From positions 256,001 through 320,000 of the forward strand of contig CAWEWF010000004.1 of the NCBI GenBank assembly GCA_963812605.1: a stretch of DNA of 64,000 bases, read 5' to 3'. Below, piece after piece: positions 56,206 through 64,000 of this stretch; position 1 is the stretch's first letter; every line of letters begins with the position of its first letter. The notes beneath the pieces were generated by a model. The model searched no databases. It had not been told where the DNA came from and saw only the letters and a list, made by a program, of their open reading frames with translations. This DNA comes from an uncultured Verrucomicrobiae bacterium. GTDB lineage: Bacteria > Verrucomicrobiota > Verrucomicrobiia > Palsa-1439. A program made the position numbers and the translations under genes.

Positions 56206-56921
56206 GCCTGTTCGTTCCGCCGCGACGCTTCGATCCGCTGGTCCCGGAAATCATGGACCGCCGCGGTAACGAACCCGGTCTTCTCCGCGCCGACCTCCGT
56301 GTGCTGGAAGATATCAACCGCTTCCTTGGCGGCTACCGTATTCCATTACATTACTTGCGCAAGTTCTCAAGGCATCTCCGTTCCGTTAAACCGTTGACAA
56401 TTCTCGATCTCGCCACCGGAGCGGCGGATGTGCCCCGCGCCATCGCGACCTGGGCGCGGGCGCAACCCGTGAAGGTTGAAATCACTGCCGTGGACGGCAG
56501 CCCGGAGATTTTGTCCATCGCGCGCGAGAACACAGCCGGCTGGCCGGAGATTCACGTCGAGCAGCAGGATCTCCTCGCCCTCCCCTATCCCGCCGCGAGC
56601 TTCGATGTCGTCCTCTGCTCGCTCGCGCTGCACCACTTTTCCGAGTCGGATGCTGTTGCAATTCTGCGACGCATCCACGATATTGCGCGCGGCGGCTGGA
56701 TCATCAACGACCTGCGGAGGAATCGCATCGCAATTGGTTTGAGCAAACTCATGGCACGCACGATTATCACCAACCCCATCGCGCGATTCGATGCGCCCGC
56801 TTCGTGCGAACGCGCCTTCACTATCGCCGAGGGACGCGCAATGGCCGGCCGCGCGGGGATGAACCGCTTCACGATCCGTCGTCACCGATTCTTTCGCATG
56901 GCCCTGGTCGGGTACAAATGA
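56202..56921 (+). CDS. SAM-dependent methyltransferase
   Basis: EIMD, INRFLGG, LDLATGAAD, SLALHHF and NDLRR motifs; same type as methyltransferases usually seen beside type III PKS genes. Confidence 0.88.
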   Translation: MSLFVPPRRFDPLVPEIMDRRGNEPGLLRADLRVLEDINRFLGGYRIPLHYLRKFSRHLRSVKPLTILDLATGAADVPRAIATWARAQPVKVEITAVDGSPEILSIARENTAGWPEIHVEQQDLLALPYPAASFDVVLCSLALHHFSESDAVAILRRIHDIARGGWIINDLRRNRIAIGLSKLMARTIITNPIARFDAPASCERAFTIAEGRAMAGRAGMNRFTIRRHRFFRMALVGYK

Positions 56922-57367
56922 GCGTCCGCACCGAAAATTCCATCCTGATCAAGGCCCCGCTCGAAAAAATCTTCGAGACCACGTCCAATCTGTTGCTCTG
57001 GCCCAAGGTGCTCCCGCACTATCGCTGGATCCGCATCCTCCAGGCGGGTGATGACGGTTTGGTTGTTAAAATGGGCGCGCGCCGCGGTTCGTTGCCGATC
57101 CAGTGGACTTCACGGTTCCAAGTTGATCCGAATGCGCACGAACTGCATTTCGAGCATCTCAAGGCCTTCACGCGCGGGATGCGGGTATTATGGACGTACA
57201 CCCCCACATCCGAAGGCGTGCGGGTTACCATCTCCCATGAATTGGACCGCGCCTCGGCCTTTGGTCGCTGGTTCGCGCACCACGTGCTTGGCGAGATCTT
57301 CATCCGGCCCGTGGCGACGCGCACCTTGTCGCATTTCAAAGAATATCTGGAACAGGACCGTGCCTGA
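56918..57367 (+). CDS. SRPBCC/START-fold polyketide cyclase-like protein
   Basis: SILIKAPLEKIF...WPKVLPHYR; START-type length and pattern. Confidence 0.8.
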   Translation: MSVRTENSILIKAPLEKIFETTSNLLLWPKVLPHYRWIRILQAGDDGLVVKMGARRGSLPIQWTSRFQVDPNAHELHFEHLKAFTRGMRVLWTYTPTSEGVRVTISHELDRASAFGRWFAHHVLGEIFIRPVATRTLSHFKEYLEQDRA

Positions 57368-57388
57368 ACGCTCCTAACTTACGGAGTT

Positions 57389-58645
57389 ATGTCACACCAC
57401 CGCGTCGTCATCACCGGAATGGGAGCCATTACCGCCGTCGGCAGCGGACGGGACGGGTTGTGGCGGGGAATCCGGCGCGGCGAGTCCGGGATCCGCCGCC
57501 TCACGCGCTTTGACGCCTCGCCGTTCGAGTCGCAGATTGCGGGAGAAGTGCCCGATTTCGATCCGCTGGCGTATTTTCCCGCGCGCCGCGTGAAACGACT
57601 GGATCGGTTTGCGCAGTTCGCGCTGGTCGCCGCGAAAATGGCGCTGGATGATTCGCAGCAAGGCAGTCTGCCGCTTTGCCCGGGCGAACCGCCTCACTCG
57701 CAGATCGGTGTTTGCACCGGCACGGCGCTCGGTGGCGTCGCGCTCGCCGAGCACCAACATGAATTATTCATGCGCCAGGGAATCCGCGCCGTGAACCCCG
57801 CCCTCGCGTTCCTCGTGTTCGGCGGCTCTGGCGGCTCCCACGTCGCCATCGAACTCGGCTTCACGGGTCCGGGTAACACCAACTCGAATAGTTGCGCCTC
57901 AGGCGTGATTGCGGTGGGCGAAGCTTTTTGCCACGTCCAACAGGGCCGCGCCATGGCCATGGTCGCCGGCGCGGCCGAGGCGCCGCTGGCGCCGCTCACT
58001 TTCGGCGCCTTCGACCTTCTCCATGCCATGAGCAAAAGCAACGACAACCCGGCACGCGCCTGCCGTCCTTTCGATGCCTCGCGGGATGGATTCGTCATGG
58101 GTGAGGGCGCGGCGATGTTTGTCCTGGAAGAGCGCGGGCACGCGCTGGCGCGCGGTGCGCACATTTTCGCTGAAATCCTCGGTTACGCCTGCAACAACGA
58201 TGCCTGGCACATGCTCGCGCCCCGTCCCGATGGCTCCTGCGCGGCGCGTTGCATTCGCGAAACCATGGCCGATGCCGGCGTTTCGCCCGAACATATCGAT
58301 TACATCAATGCTCACGCCACCGGCACTCCACTTGGCGATGCCGCGGAAACCCTGGCCATCCAGCAGGTGTTCGGCGCTCGCGCCTGGGAAATTCCGGTCA
58401 GCTCGACCAAACCGTTCCATGCGCATCCTCTCGGCGCTGCGGGGGCAATCGAGATCGCCATTTGCTGCCTGGCGCTGGAACATAATTACCTGCCGCCAAC
58501 ACTCAACCTGACGCAGGCGGATCCCGAATGCGACCTCGACTACATCCCCAACACGGGCCGCGACGCGCGTGTGAACTGCATTCTCTCCAATAGTTTCGGC
58601 TTCGGCGGCATCAATGCCGGTATCATCCTCGCTCGCCATGAATGA
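57389..58645 (+). CDS. Beta-ketoacyl synthase (FabF-like, divergent)
   Basis: RVVITG, NSNSCASG, NAHATGT, KPFHAHPLGA and SNSFGFGG motifs. Confidence 0.9.
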   Translation: MSHHRVVITGMGAITAVGSGRDGLWRGIRRGESGIRRLTRFDASPFESQIAGEVPDFDPLAYFPARRVKRLDRFAQFALVAAKMALDDSQQGSLPLCPGEPPHSQIGVCTGTALGGVALAEHQHELFMRQGIRAVNPALAFLVFGGSGGSHVAIELGFTGPGNTNSNSCASGVIAVGEAFCHVQQGRAMAMVAGAAEAPLAPLTFGAFDLLHAMSKSNDNPARACRPFDASRDGFVMGEGAAMFVLEERGHALARGAHIFAEILGYACNNDAWHMLAPRPDGSCAARCIRETMADAGVSPEHIDYINAHATGTPLGDAAETLAIQQVFGARAWEIPVSSTKPFHAHPLGAAGAIEIAICCLALEHNYLPPTLNLTQADPECDLDYIPNTGRDARVNCILSNSFGFGGINAGIILARHE

Positions 58646-59744
58646 TTTTGACGTCATTGTGGTCGGCGGCGGGCCGGGTGGCGCCACTGCCGCCGCGTTG
58701 TGTACCCAGCGCGGCTTGCGCGTTGCCCTTTTTGAGCACACCCGGTTCCCACGCCAAAAAGTTTGCGGCGATGTCATCAATCCGAACTGCTGGCCGGTGC
58801 TTGAAAAACTTGGCGCAGCCGAAAGAGTCCGCGCGCTGCCGCACCATGAGATTGACGCGGCGTTATTCGCGGCGTCGACCGGCGGGGTGATCAGCGTTCC
58901 ACTGCCGCGCGGAGCAATCGCCATTCGTCGCAGTCTATTTGACCACGCATTGCTGGAGCACGCCCGAAGTTGCGGCGTGGAGATTTTCGAGGATCAAGCC
59001 GTCCATGAAGTAACGCCGGAGAAGCAGGTGATCACCAGTCTGGGTCGCTATCGGGCAAGGACGGGCATTATTGGCGCCGATGGCCGGCATTCCGTGACCG
59101 CGCGGACCGCGGGCCTCGTGCGCATGCTTCCGGAAGGCAACGGACACATCGCGTTTCAAGCGCATTTCCATGCGCCCCGGGCGTTGGATGACCGCGTCCA
59201 ACTACACCTTTTTCAAGGCGGTTATTGTGGAGTGGTACGCGTGGATGTCGAGCGGGCAAACCTCTGCATCGTGACCGATCGGCGTGGAGCGCGGTTTCAC
59301 AACGATTGCGAAGCGCTCTTCGCGCACACGGTTCGGCAGAACCCTCATTTCCGCAATCTGGGCATCGATCCTGAACCGCTCGAGCCATTGCATAGCACCC
59401 ATCCGTTACAGCGGCCGATGAACATCCCGGCCAGAAATGGCATTTTCCTCGTTGGCGATGCGTTGCGGGTGATGGAGCCGTTCACGGGCCAGGGAATCCT
59501 CTTCGCCCTGCGGACGGCGGAGATCGTGGCGGATTCCATCGGCAGCCCCTCGCATCCCGAAAGGAATTACACCGCGGACGTTACGGCGCTGTACCGGCAG
59601 CGCGGGCGGACGAACGAATGCCTCAGTCGCGTCATGTACCGCGAGCGCGCGGCCCGCGCCGTCATTCCCTTGGTTCAGCGCCTCCCCGGCCTCACGCGCT
59701 GGCTGGCCGACAACGTTCTTGGCGAAGAGCGGCGGTTCCGGTAG
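58638..59744 (+). CDS. FAD-dependent oxidoreductase (geranylgeranyl-reductase/halogenase-like)
   Basis: VVGGGPGG, FPRQKVCG, GADGRHS and VGDA...EPFTGQGI motifs. Confidence 0.88.
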   Translation: MNDFDVIVVGGGPGGATAAALCTQRGLRVALFEHTRFPRQKVCGDVINPNCWPVLEKLGAAERVRALPHHEIDAALFAASTGGVISVPLPRGAIAIRRSLFDHALLEHARSCGVEIFEDQAVHEVTPEKQVITSLGRYRARTGIIGADGRHSVTARTAGLVRMLPEGNGHIAFQAHFHAPRALDDRVQLHLFQGGYCGVVRVDVERANLCIVTDRRGARFHNDCEALFAHTVRQNPHFRNLGIDPEPLEPLHSTHPLQRPMNIPARNGIFLVGDALRVMEPFTGQGILFALRTAEIVADSIGSPSHPERNYTADVTALYRQRGRTNECLSRVMYRERAARAVIPLVQRLPGLTRWLADNVLGEERRFR

Positions 59745-59756
59745 GCTGCATCCACG

Positions 59757-60311
59757 ATGAGTCAAGGCACAGGCAATCGGGCCGTCTTTCTCGACCGCGA
59801 CGGCACGATCATGGAGGATTCAAATTATGTCGGCGACGTTGAGCGGGTCCTGGTGATTCCCGGCGCCGTCGCGGCGCTGCGACAGCTACAGGAGGCGGGC
59901 TTCAAGCTGTTCATTATCACCAACCAATCCGGCGTGGGGCGCGGATACTTCAGCCGTGAAGCCGTCGAGTCGATCCATGGGCACCTCGACGAGCATTTTG
60001 GCAGGGGCGGCGTGCGCTTCGACCGGTATTATGTTTGCCCACACCACCCCGAGGACAATTGCGACTGCCGCAAGCCGAAGCCGAAATTTCTGCTCGACGC
60101 GGCCCGCGAATACGGACTTGATCTGTCGCGCTGCTTTATGGTGGGAGATCGTGCCAGCGATATCCAGGCGGGCCTTAACGCGGGCGCGCGGACCATTCTC
60201 GTGCTCACCGGCGCAGGCCGCGAAACCCTGGCAAAGCAGGAAGTCAAACCCGATCATGTCGCCGAAGACATCGGCGCGGCCGCCGCCTGGATTTTGGAAC
60301 ACCAGGCGTGA
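59757..60311 (+). CDS. gmhB: D-glycero-D-manno-heptose 1,7-bisphosphate phosphatase-like HAD hydrolase
   Basis: FLDRDGT, TNQSG, CPHHP, CDCRKP and GDRASD motifs. Confidence 0.88.
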   Translation: MSQGTGNRAVFLDRDGTIMEDSNYVGDVERVLVIPGAVAALRQLQEAGFKLFIITNQSGVGRGYFSREAVESIHGHLDEHFGRGGVRFDRYYVCPHHPEDNCDCRKPKPKFLLDAAREYGLDLSRCFMVGDRASDIQAGLNAGARTILVLTGAGRETLAKQEVKPDHVAEDIGAAAAWILEHQA

Positions 60312-60375
60312 CCCCGTTTTACAGAGTTGCAGTTCGTCGCGTTTTGGGGGATTGTTGTGGGCATAGGTGCAACCG

Positions 60376-61221
60376 ATGAAAGCCCTGCGCGAACCCGATC
60401 GAAAAGCACTCGCCAAGCTGCTGGCGGACCAGGATCCGCGGCAGTTGCAATTGGTGCAGGAACAACTGGCGGAGCGGGGCGCGGAAGGGATCAGCTTTCT
60501 GGAATCGGTGGTGCTCGACGGCGAGCCCTCGGCCCAACGCAACGCGCAGCAGATGTTGCGCGTGCTTCGCGAGACGGCGGCGTGGGAGGCCCTGGCGAAA
60601 TTTTGCGCGACCTGCGGAACCCATTTCGACCTGGAGGTCGCGTCCTGGCTGGTGGCGAAAACCCGTTACCCCGAGATGGACGAGGTCGCCTATCGCACCC
60701 GGCTCGACGAGATGGCGCAGGAGTTGCGCAAGCGCCTGACAGGACGCGAGACACCTCGATCCGCGATCGAAGTTTGCAACCACTATCTTTTCCGCACGCT
60801 CGGTTTTCGTGGCAACCGGCAGGATTATTACGACCCGGATAATTCCTATCTCAATCGCGTCCTGGACCGCCGCATCGGGATTCCCATCAGCCTGTCGGTA
60901 CTGTACCTCCTGCTGGCGCGACGGCTGCGCCTCCCGTTGATCGGCATCAACATGCCCGCCCATTTCCTGCTCAAATGGCAATCCGACACCATGGGCTTTT
61001 TCTTCGATCCGTTCCACGAGGGCGAGTTGCTGGATGAGGAGGACTGCCGTGAATTGTGCAAACGCATGGGCGTGGCGTTCAATCCCGTCTTCCTGACGCC
61101 CACCACGCCGCAAATCATCCTCCTGCGGATGTGCAACAATCTCCACGGGATCTATGCCGAGCGCGAACCGGCGCGCGCCGAGCAATTTGGAAGATTTGCC
61201 GCGCTGCTGTCGCGCACGTAA
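60376..61221 (+). CDS. SirB1 / transglutaminase-like protein
   Basis: GFRGNRQDYYDPDNSYLNRVLDRRIGIPISL, PAHFL and RMCNNL motifs. Confidence 0.9.
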   Translation: MKALREPDRKALAKLLADQDPRQLQLVQEQLAERGAEGISFLESVVLDGEPSAQRNAQQMLRVLRETAAWEALAKFCATCGTHFDLEVASWLVAKTRYPEMDEVAYRTRLDEMAQELRKRLTGRETPRSAIEVCNHYLFRTLGFRGNRQDYYDPDNSYLNRVLDRRIGIPISLSVLYLLLARRLRLPLIGINMPAHFLLKWQSDTMGFFFDPFHEGELLDEEDCRELCKRMGVAFNPVFLTPTTPQIILLRMCNNLHGIYAEREPARAEQFGRFAALLSRT

Positions 61222-61275
61222 ATCGTGGCGCGACTTTTGCCGCAAAAGGGCGAGGCGCTTCGCCCGGGATGCCCG

Positions 61276-63066
61276 TTACGGGCTGGTAATCTTGAGACTC
61301 AACTTGCCGAACTGACCCGTAACCCCCTCGACGACGATAAAGAATGTGTTTGTCCCGTCCGTTTGAAAGCTGAGGGTCTCGTCACCGTTGCCTAACGGGG
61401 AATCCGTACAAGTGACCGCCACCAGATTACTGCAGTTGCCTTCCCAGACAGCAATCATGGAGTCGAAGTTGGCCCCCGATGTTGAAACCGTAAAGGAACG
61501 GTTCGCCGCCCCCACCGGCGGCATTACCTCCCAGACCGCGTCCCGTCCGCCCGCGCCGCAAGCTGGGCTCGGGAATGAGTTCGTGAAACTTCCCAGGTTG
61601 ACGGACCGGGTGAAGACCGCGCTCGAGAACGATCCCGCCGAGCTGGGAAACGCCACCTCTTCCGCGGCCCCGCAACTGTTGTTCACGCCAGGGCAGGTGT
61701 CCTGGGTCGTCGGATCACGCGAAAGCTTCTTGAGAGCACTCGGTTTGGACGGTGAACACTCAACGATTCCCGTGGGAAGATTATTCGTCTGACCGCTGGC
61801 ATTGAAGGCGCGAAGCAACGCGGTCATGCTGACAATCGCGGTGGTGTCGGCCCCCGCGGCCGCGCTTTGCCCCTGATCGACCAGATCGGCGGGGAACGCA
61901 ACGTTGGTGCCTCCACTGAGGTACGTCAATTGCGAGGGATCGGTGCCAAGGTATTCCGTATTGGCTTCGGCGGCGATGAGTTCGGTCGACAATTGCTTGC
62001 GCAGAACGCAAAGGTTAGACGACCTGGATTTTTGGCCCTGCGTTCCCCCTATTTCACCCGTAAACTTCGTACTGCGCCAATACAGACCGAGTGCTTCGAT
62101 CTCCGCATCCGCGGCATCCTTCACGTTATCGCTATTATGGAAGCCCTGCGGCAGGTCGAGGAAGCCCAGGGGCACCGCGCCGCAATTGACGTTCATGATC
62201 TTCACCACGGCATTGCTTAACGACGCACAGGTGGGGTCCGTATAATCCGGATGCGTGAACCAATAACGGGAAGTACGCGTGCTGAGGTTTGACGCGGTGG
62301 CGGAACGAAGGCTGCCCGCCTGGATAAAAACGGATGAATCCAAATTGGCATCACCGGCATCGGCGATCGCGATCTTCATGTGGTTGACCTGATGGGCCAG
62401 AACCGGTGCCGTGAGAGTCAAAACGGTGGTCAGCCCCCCCACGTGGACATCGAGATTCCCAGCAACATTATCGATGAAAAACTGACAGTTCATGCAAGGC
62501 CCCGTACTCACACCAGAGGACTGTCCATTGTTAACGGTGTCGATGGATACCGGGGTGGTTGTGCCGGGAATGAGCGCGTAGTTGACTCCATTCACGAAGA
62601 AGGCGAAGACGTTGTTGAACGAGTTGACGAATACGTTGTACTCTTCTGAAGCAAAGACATACTGGAATTGAACGGTGTCCGAGTCCGGGACGAAATCGAA
62701 TTGCAATATGGCCGCGTCGAACGTCGGGGTCCCGGAAATCAGCCCAGAGAGATCCGGATCGCCAGGCAGCCCATTGTCCGTCGAAGATACAATGTTATTG
62801 TTCGGGCCGATGACACCGGCTGCACTGCCGGTCGTCAGAATTATTCCGTTCTCGAACCCGATAATGCCTGTCCCGGAACAAAAAAGGCCCGACGCATTCG
62901 TGGCCCCGGTGTATTGGATGTTCGAGATGCTCACGCCGGTACCAACAAGGGCGTTGACCATATCCTGTGGAGAAGGACCCTGGCCAAGATCTCTTACCAA
63001 AAGTCCTGCGTGCGCCGTGGCTGCCGCCAGCAAGGCCCCGGCCACCGATAGCACTGTCTTTTTCAT
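61276..63066 (-). CDS. Secreted protein with a choice-of-anchor L-like N-terminal domain and a Cys-rich C-terminal region
   Basis: Signal peptide; GIILTTG, LQFDFVP, FQYVFASEEY and KIAIADAGDANLDSSVFI motifs. Confidence 0.75.
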   Translation of the reverse strand: MKKTVLSVAGALLAAATAHAGLLVRDLGQGPSPQDMVNALVGTGVSISNIQYTGATNASGLFCSGTGIIGFENGIILTTGSAAGVIGPNNNIVSSTDNGLPGDPDLSGLISGTPTFDAAILQFDFVPDSDTVQFQYVFASEEYNVFVNSFNNVFAFFVNGVNYALIPGTTTPVSIDTVNNGQSSGVSTGPCMNCQFFIDNVAGNLDVHVGGLTTVLTLTAPVLAHQVNHMKIAIADAGDANLDSSVFIQAGSLRSATASNLSTRTSRYWFTHPDYTDPTCASLSNAVVKIMNVNCGAVPLGFLDLPQGFHNSDNVKDAADAEIEALGLYWRSTKFTGEIGGTQGQKSRSSNLCVLRKQLSTELIAAEANTEYLGTDPSQLTYLSGGTNVAFPADLVDQGQSAAAGADTTAIVSMTALLRAFNASGQTNNLPTGIVECSPSKPSALKKLSRDPTTQDTCPGVNNSCGAAEEVAFPSSAGSFSSAVFTRSVNLGSFTNSFPSPACGAGGRDAVWEVMPPVGAANRSFTVSTSGANFDSMIAVWEGNCSNLVAVTCTDSPLGNGDETLSFQTDGTNTFFIVVEGVTGQFGKLSLKITSP

Positions 63067-63098
63067 ATTGGGTTTCCCCACCAAATCAATCTGCCTCA

Positions 63099-64000
63099 TT
63101 AAAAACTCGTTACGGTCATTTGTACTTTGCCGAACGCACCACCTTTGCCCTCAATAGCAATATAGAACGTGTTGATTCCATCCGTGGTGAATATCAGGGT
63201 TTCCCCGCCCACACCCAGGACATTATCCGCGCATCCGACCTGGGTTAGATTGCTGCACGTACCCGACCAAACGGATATCAGCGTGTCAAAATTGCTGCCC
63301 GCGGTAGAAACACTAAATTGCCGCCCGGCAGCCGCCATCGGCGGGGCCACCTGCCATACGGCATTGGGGCCGCCGGTGCCGCAAGATGGAGTTGGCATGT
63401 TGTTTTGGAGATTGGCGATACTGACGGAGTCCTTGAAGACCGGATTCGCGCCCGAAAAGAAGATCATCTTGGCCGCCAGACAGGTGTCGTTTACGCCGGG
63501 ACAGGTATCCTGCGTCGTGGCATCACGCGAAATTGCTTTGAGGACCTTGGCCGGTTGTGGAGAACACTCGACCAGATTATTGGGCAGGTTATTGGTCTGG
63601 CCACTACTGTTGAATTGCCGAAGCAGGGCCGTCATGCTGCGAATGGCCGTGACATCAAAGCCGGCTGCCGCCTCGCGGGCTTGCGAGACCAAGTTGGCTG
63701 GAAAGTTCGTGACGGTGTGTCCGTTAACGTAGGTCGCATTGGGGGGAAAGGTGCCGAGCAATGTGGTGTTGGCATAGGCCGCGATTAATTCAACCGCCAA
63801 CTGTTTGCGCGCGACGCACAGGCCCGAAGACTTTAACTTCTGCCCCTGTGTCCCGTTGGGTTCACCCGTATTGCCAGTTCCCCTCCAGTAAAAACCCAGC
63901 GCTTCGATAAAGGCGTCGGTGGCGTCAATGACATTGTCCGAGTTGCGATTCTCCGTGGCGATGGTGACAAACCCGAGATCGAGGATGCCACCATTGAACT
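63099..64000 (-). CDS. 3' part of a paralogous secreted protein; start lies beyond the window
   Basis: Open frame to the window edge; closely similar to the C-terminal half of 61276-63066 (ELIAAxANT, VECSP, TTQDTCPGVN, NFD...VW.G.CSNL). Confidence 0.8.
   Translation of the reverse strand, partial: FNGGILDLGFVTIATENRNSDNVIDATDAFIEALGFYWRGTGNTGEPNGTQGQKLKSSGLCVARKQLAVELIAAYANTTLLGTFPPNATYVNGHTVTNFPANLVSQAREAAAGFDVTAIRSMTALLRQFNSSGQTNNLPNNLVECSPQPAKVLKAISRDATTQDTCPGVNDTCLAAKMIFFSGANPVFKDSVSIANLQNNMPTPSCGTGGPNAVWQVAPPMAAAGRQFSVSTAGSNFDTLISVWSGTCSNLTQVGCADNVLGVGGETLIFTTDGINTFYIAIEGKGGAFGKVQMTVTSF

Overview
GC-rich bacterial chromosomal window, most likely Verrucomicrobiota. That assignment is inferred from gene content and the FYRV-ending secreted proteins. 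About 55 genes are present: housekeeping (ald, aroF, hisC, pheA, scpAB, lysA, trpS, murQ, ligA, rnhC, mutY, gmhB), a sigma54 two-component cluster around a FabF-like synthase and a FadL porin, a second ketosynthase/cyclase/methyltransferase/FAD-oxidoreductase operon, and several large secreted repeat proteins. Many genes carry single-base frameshifts that look like long-read assembly errors. The main finding is two different IS110 (IS621-like) elements, at 43881-45084 (minus) and 49343-50595 (plus). Their non-coding ends contain bridge-RNA guide segments that match their own target and donor junctions by eye. Each element sits at a CT core inside a different REP-like palindrome. Each REP lies in frame in the 5' end of a secreted-protein gene, so precise excision would restore that gene. 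Also notable: REP-like palindromes embedded in coding sequences; a 60-codon copy of the pheA 3' end that differs only at synonymous positions and brackets a small HTH/operator module; and a DUF5131-TcmP island between pheA and hisC.
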